A stretch of 64,000 nucleotides of DNA. Source: Candidatus Hydrogenedentota bacterium. Its GTDB lineage: Bacteria; Hydrogenedentota; Hydrogenedentia; Hydrogenedentales; SLHB01. The translations under genes and the position numbers were made by a program. The notes under the pieces are model-generated. The model was given only the letters and a program-made list of their open reading frames with translations, was not told the DNA's origin and did no database searches. The stretch covers positions 96,001 through 160,000 of the forward strand of contig CAXXTH010000011.1 in the NCBI GenBank assembly GCA_963668025.2, in the 5' to 3' direction. Positions 39,281 to 48,906 of this stretch are shown one piece after another. The stretch's first letter is position 1. Each line of letters begins with the position of its first letter.

Positions 39281-40945
39281 ATGGGCATGGATGAAGAAGA
39301 CCATATCGAATTGGAGCCGACCCATATAAGCGCAGGCGGAGCCACGTCGCGATTTAGAATCCTGCAATGCCTGGGCTCGGGCGGCATGGGCGATGTCCAT
39401 CTCGCCGAAGATTCCCAGCTTCAACGCCGCGTGGCCATCAAATCCATTCGCGGCGAGCTCTGTAAAGACGATGAAATCCGCAAGCGCATCGAGCGCGAAT
39501 GCCTATTGCACGCCAAAATCGGCTCCCACCCGCATATTGTCACGCTGTATGACCGGGTGGAACAAGAAGGGCGGATCAATCTCATCATGGAGTATGTGGA
39601 GGGTGAAACGCTCCAGCAACTCCTTGAACGGAATGCGAAAGAAGGGCTCCGACTGCCGTGGCGTGAAGGCGTCAAGATCGTGGCCCAAACCCTTGATGCG
39701 CTGGCGCGCATTCACGCGCAAGGGATTGTGCATCGCGATATAAAACCCGGAAATATCCTGCTGAGCCATGACGAAGATGACGGCTACTGTGCGAAACTAA
39801 TGGACTTCGGCATTGCGCGTCCGCGCGATGACGACCAGATGACCGCCCTGACCCGGGAAGGCGCGGGCGGCCCCGGCACGCCGCTGTATATGGCTCCAGA
39901 GCAAATCGATCCGAGGATGTATGGCGAATTGTCTCCTACAACGGATGTATATGCCGTAGGAGTGGTGCTGTATCAAGTGCTTTCAGGCCATCCGCCGTTC
40001 ATGGGCACGCTGACCGAGATTTTCAACGGCCACTTGAACTCGATTCCACCGCCGTTGAGCACCTCAAACAGCGATATGCCCCCCATCTTCATGGATATTC
40101 TCAAGCGGGCGCTGGCGAAACGGCCCGGGGAGCGTTTCCCTTCGGCGCGTATGTTTCGTGAAGAACTGCTGCATGCAGCGGATGCACTGGCGCGGGGCGG
40201 CGAATTCGCTTTGCCGCCGATGACTCCTGCAACATCCTCGGACGCCAGCCGAACGTTGACCGCCGCGGAAGCGGGGGCGTTTTCGGCCGCGCCAGGCTCG
40301 ACCATGCTCGACACCTCCGCCGCGTTGCGCGGGGGCGCGCGTGGCGCATCAAAATCGGCCTTAGGCATTCTGGGGCTGGTGATCATTATTATCGCCGTCG
40401 TGGGCGGATACTTCATGCTGCGGCCAATGCCGGGAACAGAATCCGTTAAAACTACTCCTGATAGCCCGTCCACGGAAACAACACAGCCCGTTACACAGGA
40501 TGATTCAGCGCCGCCAGAACTTGTACCTGCGGCAACTCCACTGACGGAGCCTGCTCCCCAGTCAGACCTTGCCGCACCGGCGCCAACCACGTCTGCGGTG
40601 CAAGCGCCGCCTGTTTCCACGCAAACGACAGAATCCAGCAGCGAGCCTAAATCCTCCGCCATGGATGCTTTGCTCCAAAATTGGAAACCGGGTTCAGAGG
40701 GAACTCCCCCAGAAACAACCTCCGCTCCTGCGGCAAGCACTACACCATCCGAACCGAAAGTAGAGCCAAAGCCGAAACCGAAACCAAAGCCTGAACCAAA
40801 GCCTGAACCTACTCCGGTTCCAGATAAAACTGAAACCGTTACGCCTGAACCCGCCACGGAACCGCCAGCAGCGGAACCATCTACGAATGATGGCGGTCTA
40901 AGTGGTTGGAAAGTAATACGTAAGGAAGATCGCAAGATAGAATAG
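39281..40945 (+). CDS. Membrane-anchored Hanks-type Ser/Thr protein kinase
   Basis: LGSGGMG, VAIK, HRDIKPGN, DFG, GTPLYMAPE; one TM helix; Pro/Thr/Glu-rich extracytoplasmic tail with KPKPKPEPKPEP. Confidence 0.93.
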   Translation: MGMDEEDHIELEPTHISAGGATSRFRILQCLGSGGMGDVHLAEDSQLQRRVAIKSIRGELCKDDEIRKRIERECLLHAKIGSHPHIVTLYDRVEQEGRINLIMEYVEGETLQQLLERNAKEGLRLPWREGVKIVAQTLDALARIHAQGIVHRDIKPGNILLSHDEDDGYCAKLMDFGIARPRDDDQMTALTREGAGGPGTPLYMAPEQIDPRMYGELSPTTDVYAVGVVLYQVLSGHPPFMGTLTEIFNGHLNSIPPPLSTSNSDMPPIFMDILKRALAKRPGERFPSARMFREELLHAADALARGGEFALPPMTPATSSDASRTLTAAEAGAFSAAPGSTMLDTSAALRGGARGASKSALGILGLVIIIIAVVGGYFMLRPMPGTESVKTTPDSPSTETTQPVTQDDSAPPELVPAATPLTEPAPQSDLAAPAPTTSAVQAPPVSTQTTESSSEPKSSAMDALLQNWKPGSEGTPPETTSAPAASTTPSEPKVEPKPKPKPKPEPKPEPTPVPDKTETVTPEPATEPPAAEPSTNDGGLSGWKVIRKEDRKIE

Positions 40946-41030
40946 ATTAACACTGTTCAATGCAAGCCATCAGGTGCGACATCAGCAGCGCCCGGTGGCT
41001 GTGCGGAACGAGAAAGAAAGGAGCACATTG

Positions 41031-41696
41031 ATGCGCCGGAAACAGACTACCATCATCATGGGGCTAATGCTTGCAGTAGCGGTCGCGTTAAGCGGCTGCG
41101 AAACAACGGGCGGCTCAGTCGCTTCAGGGGCCGTTTTGGGCGGCCTTGCGGGAGCGGTTATAGGCAATCAATCGGGCCATGCGGGAGAAGGCGCGGCGAT
41201 CGGCGCGGTGCTGGGCGGCCTTGTCGGGTATGGCGTTCACAAGTATAAGGCCCGGCAGACCCAGACGGCCCAGGAAACGTACAAGGAATACAAATACGAG
41301 CCGGACCAAGGTTTCCAGCTTGATATGAAAGAAGGCAGCATTTCACCAAGCATCGTTAAGCCAGGCCAAACGGTTACGGCCACCATGAAATACGCCGCTT
41401 TGGGAACAGGCGCGGGAATGCCCATCGAAGAAGTCCGCACGTTAAAAAAAGACACCAATGCGACGGACCTGGATAAAGAGACCATCGTGCGCACGGATGG
41501 CACCTATGAGGGCAGGCTCGATTTCCAAGTGCCAGAGAAAAGCCCGGCGGGCGATTATAAGCTCACCCAGCGCATCACTTCGAGCGGCAAATCGGCCCAG
41601 GAAACACTGGCGTTCCAGGTGCAGCCGGTCACAGCCCAGCTCGAGGATGGCACGACGGAACTGCGGTACGAAATCTCGATGATCACCACGAAATAA
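41031..41696 (+). CDS. Glycine-zipper lipoprotein with C-terminal Ig-like domain
   Basis: Lipobox ALSGC; GAVLGGLAGAVIG...GAAIGAVLGGLVG; SD AAGGAG before ATG 41031. Confidence 0.85.
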   Translation: MRRKQTTIIMGLMLAVAVALSGCETTGGSVASGAVLGGLAGAVIGNQSGHAGEGAAIGAVLGGLVGYGVHKYKARQTQTAQETYKEYKYEPDQGFQLDMKEGSISPSIVKPGQTVTATMKYAALGTGAGMPIEEVRTLKKDTNATDLDKETIVRTDGTYEGRLDFQVPEKSPAGDYKLTQRITSSGKSAQETLAFQVQPVTAQLEDGTTELRYEISMITTK

Positions 41697-41717
41697 CCAT
41701 TCGCATCCACAAGCATG

Positions 41718-41749
41718 AAGGCAAGGCCATCCGTAAAAGGCCTTGCCTT
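41718..41749. terminator. Hairpin terminator between convergent genes
   Basis: AAGGCAAGGCC-10 nt-GGCCTTGCCTT. Confidence 0.65.
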
Positions 41750-42497
41750 ATGTTTTTCGCCCCCAAACCGTCGCGCATTCCCAGCACATAAGCGTATCAA
41801 GCTGGCCCTTGGCTTCGATATCCGCCTTCAACCGGGCAAGCCCCTCGGCATATTCATCGGGCGGCATAAGGTCATAGGTTGAGATAAAACGGTTTTCGAT
41901 ACGCTTGTAATATGCCATGTCGATAGACGCGGGCTCTCCCTTATCCCGCACCACGCCTGTTTCCTCGAATCCCAAGGCGCGCATGGCTTGGGTAATCGCT
42001 TCGATGGGCTGGAAGCGTGCAAGATCGATGCGTTCAAAACTGGGGAAATACTGGTTCATGGGATGGCGGCGGATGAAGTCGTGCGGCGAAGTGACAAAGG
42101 CGGCATATCCGCTCTTGAGCACCCGGTGGCATTCGGCTAGAAGCCCGTCCAGGTCCGTGATGTGATGCAGCACCAGCACGGCAAATACAAAATCAAAAGC
42201 GCCATCCTGAAACGGTACGGCCATGGCGTCGCCTTGCACCCAGTTTTTGGCCACACCCTTGTCTTTCGCGCGCTGGAGCATTCCGCTGGAGCGTTCGAGC
42301 CCCGCCAGCGTGCAAGGATGCCGCTCGATGAAGGGGCGAACGTTGTTACCCGTACCCGCGCCCAGTTCGAGGACGCGCCGGGCGCGGCATGTTCCGGCTA
42401 GACGCGCCAGGGTGTTGATATACGGCCCGCCGCCCTTCCGGTGCTGGTCATACCGGGAAGCCGCTTCATCGTAATCATAAGGCAAGATATTTCGCAT
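41748..42497 (-). CDS. Class I SAM-dependent methyltransferase
   Basis: VLELGAGTG, GDAMAVPFQDGAFD, VLHH, ECHRVLK. Confidence 0.9.
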   Translation of the reverse strand: MRNILPYDYDEAASRYDQHRKGGGPYINTLARLAGTCRARRVLELGAGTGNNVRPFIERHPCTLAGLERSSGMLQRAKDKGVAKNWVQGDAMAVPFQDGAFDFVFAVLVLHHITDLDGLLAECHRVLKSGYAAFVTSPHDFIRRHPMNQYFPSFERIDLARFQPIEAITQAMRALGFEETGVVRDKGEPASIDMAYYKRIENRFISTYDLMPPDEYAEGLARLKADIEAKGQLDTLMCWECATVWGRKT

Positions 42498-42626
42498 ACC
42501 CTAAACGCTTTACGTCAATGATGCAAGGGCAAATCCACCCCGGGCAATCGCTTCAAAAATAGTCACAAAACCCACAAGAGATACAAAATGATCCTTGATC
42601 GTTAGATATAAGAGATGTGAGCTCCT

Positions 42627-42674
42627 GTAGCATGGGCGTCTCGCCCATGTGCATGGCCGGGACGGCCATGCTAC
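42627..42674. repeat. REP-like doublet, family A
   Basis: GTAGCATGGGCGTCTCGCCCATG-TG-CATGGCCGGGACGGCCATGCTAC, nested within inverted 9-bp-period arrays (42563-42588 and 42699-42732). Confidence 0.85.
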
Positions 42675-42778
42675 GAGAAGCGGATATCTTCTTTTCTCTT
42701 TTGCATCTTCTGTCTCCTGCGCTTCTTGTGGCCAGTTCTTGGTGCTTTAGTGCGATAGGCCTGCGTATTCCCACGCCC

Positions 42779-42958
42779 TTATGTTTTTGCTGTCTTGTGG
42801 GGATTTGGAATGGACTTCTTGCATTGGGGGCAAGGCCGGGCCTTGTCGTCCCGCCAAAACTCAATCTCCGCACCGCATTCGGGACATGCCGACGAAAAAA
42901 TGTCTTCTGGATGAAAGTCTTTTCTTGAAGGCCCTGGACAACGGATGGCATTGCTCAT
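42779..42958 (-). CDS. Small zinc-ribbon protein (59 aa)
   Basis: CPG...EDIF...CPECG..IEFWRDD...CPQC..NP; strong SD AGGAGGAG before ATG 42958. Confidence 0.8.
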   Translation of the reverse strand: MSNAIRCPGPSRKDFHPEDIFSSACPECGAEIEFWRDDKARPCPQCKKSIPNPHKTAKT

Positions 42959-43163
42959 GGAAGGCTCCTCCTGTTGCTGGATTCGAAGCAGAGCGCCATG
43001 CTTTTTCTCATGAATATATATTCGCACAACGGCATTGTATGGAGCAATACGACCCTGATCGCTGGATACATGAGATGCGTGCATGCGTGTGTACACAAAT
43101 ATATCCACGCTCATTCATTCCACGGCTCCGTCATTATGCACTTTACCTACTTGGTGAAATTCT

Positions 43164-43190
43164 GTGGCATGGGCGTCTCGCCCATGCTAC
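43164..43190. repeat. REP-like palindrome, family A
   Basis: GTGGCATGGGCGTCTCGCCCATGCTAC. Confidence 0.8.
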
Positions 43191-43374
43191 GAAAAGTGCG
43201 TCTCTCTTTTTTCTTGTCCAGCGATTCGGGATACGACACAGGACTTTCACTTCCCGATGGACAGGGCTTTTATGCTAGGATGGCGGGCGATTTGTTCTAT
43301 TCGGAACCGTACAGGGGTTGTACAATCTGTTTCGTGAATAGTTCTAGCGAATCACTGGGAAATCTGGAGCATAG

Positions 43375-44469
43375 ATGATGGGCCAAGGCATGAGTTTGCA
43401 GGCGATGATCCCGTATTTGTGCGGGCTCTTCGGAGGCTCATTCCTTTTTGTCTTGCTGGTGGAGCCCATGGCCATCGCCCTTGCGGAACGCTTCGGATTC
43501 ATAGACGCACCTGGGTGGCGGCGAGTTCATACGAACCAGGTGCCGCGCGCGGGAGGCATCGTTTTCTTCCCTTGCTTAGCATTGGGGCTTGCCGCAGCCG
43601 CAGGTCTATTTCCTGTTCTCTGGCACAGCCGGTATATCGGACTGCTCGGCGCTCTATTGTTGATTAGCCTATGTGGACTGTGGGACGACCGGAATGGGAT
43701 ACGGCCTCGGTATAAGTTTATCGCCCAGTTGGCCACGGGGCTAGTTCTCTTTTTCTCTGGGTACCGGGTGGGCGATTTCAGCATCCCCTTCACCGGCGGA
43801 GCGCCGTATGAATTGCCGGTGCTCGATTTTATCACCACCGTGCTGGGCGTTGCCGCCGTGATCAACGCGGTGAACATGCTGGATGGGCTCGATGGCTTGG
43901 CGGCTGGTTCCGTATTCATCATGTGCATATTCCTGTTTCTGAACAAGCTGACGGTCGGCGCGGCCGATGCGACTGGCGCGCTGGTAATCACGGCGGGGGC
44001 GGCTCTAGGTTTTTTGCGGTATAATTTCCATCCCGCACGGATATTCATGGGAGATACAGGCTCCATGTTTCTAGGGGCCTTGCTGGCGGCGGAGGTGCTC
44101 GATTCCGCGTCGCAGGGAGCGGCCATCACGACGATTATGCTGCCGCTGGTGATCCTGGGCATCCCGATTCTCGATATGGGCCGCACCATCCTGACCCGGT
44201 TCCGCGTATCGGGCAACATCTTCGCCGCGGATAAAAGCCACCTGCACCACCGCTTATTGGGCCTTGGATTAAGCCATCGGGAAACCGTGCTGTTCATTTA
44301 TGGTTTGAATGTGTATATGGGCATCATGGCTATCATTTACAAGCAGGTGGAGCCAGCCACTTATCGTGGCTTATTTCTCTTGGCGTTAGGCATATTCCTG
44401 TTTCTCGCTTCGGTGCTTATCGCCGCAGGCAGTAAAAACAATGGCAGTGGAAACGGAACGGAGCGTTAG
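43375..44469 (+). CDS. wecA: Undecaprenyl-phosphate HexNAc-1-phosphate transferase (WecA/TagO family)
   Basis: RRVH..VPRAGG, GLWDD, NAVNMLDGLDGLA, YNFHPARIFMGDTGS, DKSHLHHRL. Confidence 0.88.
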   Translation: MMGQGMSLQAMIPYLCGLFGGSFLFVLLVEPMAIALAERFGFIDAPGWRRVHTNQVPRAGGIVFFPCLALGLAAAAGLFPVLWHSRYIGLLGALLLISLCGLWDDRNGIRPRYKFIAQLATGLVLFFSGYRVGDFSIPFTGGAPYELPVLDFITTVLGVAAVINAVNMLDGLDGLAAGSVFIMCIFLFLNKLTVGAADATGALVITAGAALGFLRYNFHPARIFMGDTGSMFLGALLAAEVLDSASQGAAITTIMLPLVILGIPILDMGRTILTRFRVSGNIFAADKSHLHHRLLGLGLSHRETVLFIYGLNVYMGIMAIIYKQVEPATYRGLFLLALGIFLFLASVLIAAGSKNNGSGNGTER

Positions 44470-44472
44470 CAC

Positions 44473-46743
44473 GTGGCCGTTTTGAAACAAAACAGAGCTG
44501 GCGGCAAGGCCGGGCGCATCCTGCGCATCTGTTTGGCCGTTTTGCTTGCCGTGGCTATCCTCGCCTTGTGCCCTGCCACACAAGACACTACCGGGCCCAT
44601 CAAGGCGTTCATCCTATGCACAGGCGCATGCGGGCTTGCACTGGCCTGGATGGGGCTTTCATGGTTGGGAAAACTGCCCGTTCGACGCCCCGGGATGTTC
44701 TTCTGGCCTTTCGTGGCATTGCTGGCTTGGGAACTGTTCACTGCATTACATGCCAGCCATGTGGGGCCTGCGTGGGTGGAAGTCCGGCGCATGGCCGTGC
44801 TGGCGCTGCTTTACTTTTTAACCGCCCAGCTCTTTCGCACCCCACGCCAGGCCCGGATGCTGCTGGCCATGTTATGCGCCGCCATGTCCATATCCACGCT
44901 GTACGCATTCGGGCAACGCCTGGGCATAGACCCCTTTTCCTGGGCGTATGCGGACCCCGCCATGCGCCATGACATGCCGGGAACGCTGGGGAATCCCAAC
45001 TACGCCGCCCATGCCCTCGGGCCATGCCTGTTGTTTGTGGCCTGGCTGGCCAGCCGCCAGGGCGCACGGTGGTGGGCCTTGCTGGCGATTCCGTTTGCCG
45101 CACATCTCTTTCTGACCGGACAACGCGGGGCGCTGGCGGCGCTGGCGGCCGCACTGGCATTACTGGCGGGCGTGGTTTGGGCGCGCTGGAGGAAATGGAC
45201 GCCAGAAACAGCGCCAGTGCGCGTCTTGGCGCTCACTATGATTTCGCTGCTGGCGTGTGCGAGCCTATGCATTGCCGTTCTATGGATGCGGGCGGGAAGC
45301 ATCCTGACGGTGGATGAAAGCCTGCTGGTCCGTCTGAACGGCTATTCCGGGGCCGTTCAAATGCTCAAGGAACACCCTGTATTCGGCGTTGGACCCGGCA
45401 ATTATGTGATCGCCAATCCCCCCTATTGGACTCCTCTGGAACAACGCCGTTTCGCTGAACTCCATACGATGAATGCGCATGTGCATTGCGAGCCTCTCGA
45501 GTTCGCCGTGGATGGGGGTGTTTTGGCTGGAGCGATATATTGCTTTCTATTGCTGCTGGGCATTACCAACGGCATCTCCATTGCCTGTGTGGAACAGCGC
45601 TCGTTTCGGCGCGGATTCGCGTTGTTGTGTGCCGCCTTTTTTTGCCTGTTCGCCGTGGATGGATGTTTCGGGTTCAACCTGCGCGTGCCGATATCCGCCG
45701 CTTTGTTTTTTGTTCTCGCTGGATTGTTTGATGGCGTATGTATGCGGCCTGCCAGTTTTATGCGGACCAAACGATTTCGGGTTGGACAGATAACTTGGCG
45801 CGCAGGGGCCGCATTGATTCTATCTTGGCTGGTTCTAGCCGATGCCCGTGTTTTTCTGGCCCATGTGCGCCATGCGCAAGGACTTCAAGCAAAAGCGCTC
45901 GGTTTTGAACAGGAAGCCCAAACGTCTTTCGCAAGAGCAGAGCATCTGGCTCCATGGCAATGGACGTATCCCGCGGAACAAGGCGCGCTCGGCCTCGCAA
46001 GCGGGCGATATGGCGAAGCAGCTTCCCATTTCGAACGGGCGCTCACCCAAAATCCTTCCTATCTCTTCGCCCTTACGAGCCTGGCGGAAGCGCAATTGAT
46101 GCAGGCCATTTCAGCCCAGCACATGCCCGAGCAAGACGCCGCCCGAACCCAATTGCTGGAACAAGCGCTGGAAAACGCCAATTGCGCTCAACGGTTATGT
46201 GCTCTAGTTCCGGAAACATTTGCACTAAAGGGCCGCATTCTAGCGGCGCTGGCGGATGAAAAAATACGTGAGGGAAAATCCCAAGAAGCCGCGCAAGTAT
46301 TCCAAGAAGCGGATGCATGCATTGAATCGGCCATAGCACAAGGCGCGCCTGGGATAGGGCGTTTGTATGGCCTGCTGATTCGGCTCCGCCTTCTGCAAGG
46401 CAGCCTGGAGCGTGCGGAAACAGCGGCGGCTGGAGGCACGCAAGCAAATCCGGAAAACGACGCCTTATGGGCATATCGCCTGGAAATAGCCCGCCGAACA
46501 GGACGATATGCGGGTGTCGAAGAAGCGCTCCACTACCGGCTTGCCGTTATGCCAGAAGATGTGCATGCCCGATTAGCTCTTGCCCGCTTACGCGCGCAAC
46601 AAGGGCAAACGGAGCAAGCCGTTATTGAATATGACGCGCTTGCCATTCTTCCGGGCGCATCCACGGAGTACAAGGCCACGGCGAAACGGGAGAGCGACGA
46701 ACTGAAAGATGGGTTAAGCCAGGAGGTGCGCCATGCCGAATAG
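44473..46743 (+). CDS. O-antigen-ligase (Wzy_C)-like membrane protein with C-terminal TPR repeats
   Basis: GTLGNPN, TGQRGA, PVFGVGPGNY, AHVHCEPLE; TPR-like helical repeats after the TM region. Confidence 0.82.
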   Translation: MAVLKQNRAGGKAGRILRICLAVLLAVAILALCPATQDTTGPIKAFILCTGACGLALAWMGLSWLGKLPVRRPGMFFWPFVALLAWELFTALHASHVGPAWVEVRRMAVLALLYFLTAQLFRTPRQARMLLAMLCAAMSISTLYAFGQRLGIDPFSWAYADPAMRHDMPGTLGNPNYAAHALGPCLLFVAWLASRQGARWWALLAIPFAAHLFLTGQRGALAALAAALALLAGVVWARWRKWTPETAPVRVLALTMISLLACASLCIAVLWMRAGSILTVDESLLVRLNGYSGAVQMLKEHPVFGVGPGNYVIANPPYWTPLEQRRFAELHTMNAHVHCEPLEFAVDGGVLAGAIYCFLLLLGITNGISIACVEQRSFRRGFALLCAAFFCLFAVDGCFGFNLRVPISAALFFVLAGLFDGVCMRPASFMRTKRFRVGQITWRAGAALILSWLVLADARVFLAHVRHAQGLQAKALGFEQEAQTSFARAEHLAPWQWTYPAEQGALGLASGRYGEAASHFERALTQNPSYLFALTSLAEAQLMQAISAQHMPEQDAARTQLLEQALENANCAQRLCALVPETFALKGRILAALADEKIREGKSQEAAQVFQEADACIESAIAQGAPGIGRLYGLLIRLRLLQGSLERAETAAAGGTQANPENDALWAYRLEIARRTGRYAGVEEALHYRLAVMPEDVHARLALARLRAQQGQTEQAVIEYDALAILPGASTEYKATAKRESDELKDGLSQEVRHAE

Positions 46744-48400
46744 GCGCGCCCAATTCGCACTGCCCATTGCCGTGGTTTTGTGGGCTGGCCTTCTGATTAG
46801 GCTGCTCATGCTGCTGTTTCCACAGGTATTTGAGCCCATCACGCTGGATTTTCCACATGATTACCGCGCCGCCGTTGAACAGGCGCGCGCGCGGGGCAAT
46901 GGGCGTGCGGCGGAGCATCTCGCGCGCGCCGCAGCGCGGAGCCTGGCGTATGCTCCTGACGCATATGCGCTTTGGGGACAGGTTTTGCTGGAAAACGGCA
47001 ATGTGGCGGATGCATGGGCCGCGTTCACGGAAGCGTGCCATCAAACAGCGGACCCGCTCGACTTCCACACGACCAACCGGCCCTATTACCACGGCATCGC
47101 CCGGCTCGAGATGGGCCGGATCGCCATGCGCCGGGGCGATATGCCGGAAGCGCTTGCGCAGTTTGAACTGGCCCGAAGCGGCGCGGCTCTTTCGTCGGCG
47201 GATTACGCCGGGTATCATGCTTCGCTATATGCCCTATATGCCGGATTTGGGCTATGGGATCGCGCTATCGAATATCGTACGCCGTATGCTGAAACGCTGC
47301 CCACGCTTTCAACCGCCAGCTTGCGCACATTGGGCATGGCCAGCGTAGCTACTCAAAACTGGGAGGAAACTCGTGTATCAGGATATGCCTTGCTCCGGCG
47401 CGCCGATGCGTATGCGGACGCCCTTTACTTGCTAGGCCGCGCCGATTTGGCCCAGCAGCGCCTCGAAAAAGCGCTTGTGCAACTGCATGCGGCATCAGAA
47501 ATAGGACATCCCGATGCGCCTTTCTTCGAGGGAATAGCGCTCGAAACACTGGGACGCGCCGCATACGCCGCTGAACGTTATCTTTTGACGGCTCCATCGA
47601 GCCTCCTGAGGCCTTTCGCAATAGCAAAAGCCGCTGAGAACAGGAAAGAGAACAATCCTGCACTAGGCGAAGAAATCACGCGCTGGCTCGAGCAGGCGCT
47701 GGCGGTGAACCTCGATGGACGGCCAGGCACGTTTCGTGATGACCAGGCCGCGCCGTCATCCATGGATCTTTCCCAAGTGCGCGCAGGCTGGTTTCCGGTC
47801 GTGGTCCGGTGGAATACGCCGAGGTCTCCCTATGCGCCAGTCCATTTGCATGCGGATGGTTCCATCACCTTCACCCGAAACGGATGCATCATCCAGTATC
47901 AGTGGGCGCGCAACCAGATCCCCTTGGCGGCGCTCCAATCGGAAGAACAATTCCCGCTAGTATTGCCAGGATTTATTGATCCGGATACGGCATGGGGCGC
48001 TCCCCTGCCAGAGGCTTCCGCGAAAATAGAGCCGGATGATGCGGGAGAGCAGCATCTTGTAATCGAGAGCAGCAATCCGGAACAGTTTCCTCGGAGAACC
48101 AGCGCGCCGATTGCAATCCAGCCGGGCGCTATGTACATCATGGCGGGGCGGCGTTATTCCCCCTCGGTGCAGAGTTGTCTAGGATGGGAATTTCTGGGAC
48201 GGGACTATTATCCGGTAACTGCCCAGCATTATGCCCTTGGCGCGGCGGATGATTGGACATGGACGGCATGCTACGCCACGCCGCAGTATGAATGGACGGC
48301 TATCCAATTGGTGGCGGGAGTGAAGAAATCGAAAGGGAAAGCGGAATTTGACCGCCTTGTGCTGATGCGTATCCAGCCGCCCGAGAGCGAACTCAAGTGA
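46733..48400 (+). CDS. Membrane-anchored TPR protein with C-terminal CBM-like beta-sandwich
   Basis: N-terminal TM, repeated A.Y.LG/A...A TPR patterns, C-terminal IQPGAMY...WTW...GKAEFDRL. Confidence 0.7.
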   Translation: MPNRRAQFALPIAVVLWAGLLIRLLMLLFPQVFEPITLDFPHDYRAAVEQARARGNGRAAEHLARAAARSLAYAPDAYALWGQVLLENGNVADAWAAFTEACHQTADPLDFHTTNRPYYHGIARLEMGRIAMRRGDMPEALAQFELARSGAALSSADYAGYHASLYALYAGFGLWDRAIEYRTPYAETLPTLSTASLRTLGMASVATQNWEETRVSGYALLRRADAYADALYLLGRADLAQQRLEKALVQLHAASEIGHPDAPFFEGIALETLGRAAYAAERYLLTAPSSLLRPFAIAKAAENRKENNPALGEEITRWLEQALAVNLDGRPGTFRDDQAAPSSMDLSQVRAGWFPVVVRWNTPRSPYAPVHLHADGSITFTRNGCIIQYQWARNQIPLAALQSEEQFPLVLPGFIDPDTAWGAPLPEASAKIEPDDAGEQHLVIESSNPEQFPRRTSAPIAIQPGAMYIMAGRRYSPSVQSCLGWEFLGRDYYPVTAQHYALGAADDWTWTACYATPQYEWTAIQLVAGVKKSKGKAEFDRLVLMRIQPPESELK

Positions 48401-48887
48401 TTTCGCGCAAATCGCAGAAAATATCCCGGTCTTCTTCCCGCTCAATAATGGAAAGCACCGTAGCGATATTTTTCGCCGCGAGCAGAGATTCGCAGGCGGA
48501 TTTGCTGCCTAACAAATGGGCAATCCCCGCAAGCGTGCGGACATGCCCTTGATAGTTATTACGCGGCAGCACCAAAAGAATAATAATCTTGGCGGGCAGG
48601 CCATCGAGAGAATCAAAGGGAATTCCTTTCGGAGCGATCCCCAAGACTCCGATAATGTCTTTTATGCGATCCGTCGCGCCGTGGGGAAGGGCAATCCCAT
48701 TTTCCATCCCAGTGCTCATGGACTGCTCGCGCTGCATCACCATATCCACGATGTGTTCGCGCATGGATAAGGGAATCTCGTGGGCCTCCACGAGGACATC
48801 CACGAGTTCTTCGATGGCCTCATGCTTGTCGATGGCTTCCATACGCAGCTTCACGACGCCTTGATGCAGTATTTCACCCAGCAGCAT
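48393..48887 (-). CDS. PTS EIIA domain protein (fructose/mannitol/Ntr family)
   Basis: REQSMSTGMENGIALPHG with phospho-His, GIPFDSLDG, H...LA. Confidence 0.9.
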   Translation of the reverse strand: MLLGEILHQGVVKLRMEAIDKHEAIEELVDVLVEAHEIPLSMREHIVDMVMQREQSMSTGMENGIALPHGATDRIKDIIGVLGIAPKGIPFDSLDGLPAKIIILLVLPRNNYQGHVRTLAGIAHLLGSKSACESLLAAKNIATVLSIIEREEDRDIFCDLREIT

Positions 48888-48906
48888 CGCCTATTCCTCG
48901 ATAGGT

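Noticed and set aside
39973-40953. 326-aa Gly/Ser-rich antisense ORF
   Set aside because: Mirror of the Pro/Thr-rich kinase tail
41031-41060. MRRK start as a Tat signal
   Set aside because: Lacks the RRxF-hydrophobic consensus; fits a Sec lipoprotein signal
42553-43378. Several 100-165-aa ORFs around the zinc-ribbon gene
   Set aside because: They read through REP and 9-mer repeats; only the 59-aa Cys-motif ORF has an SD and a motif
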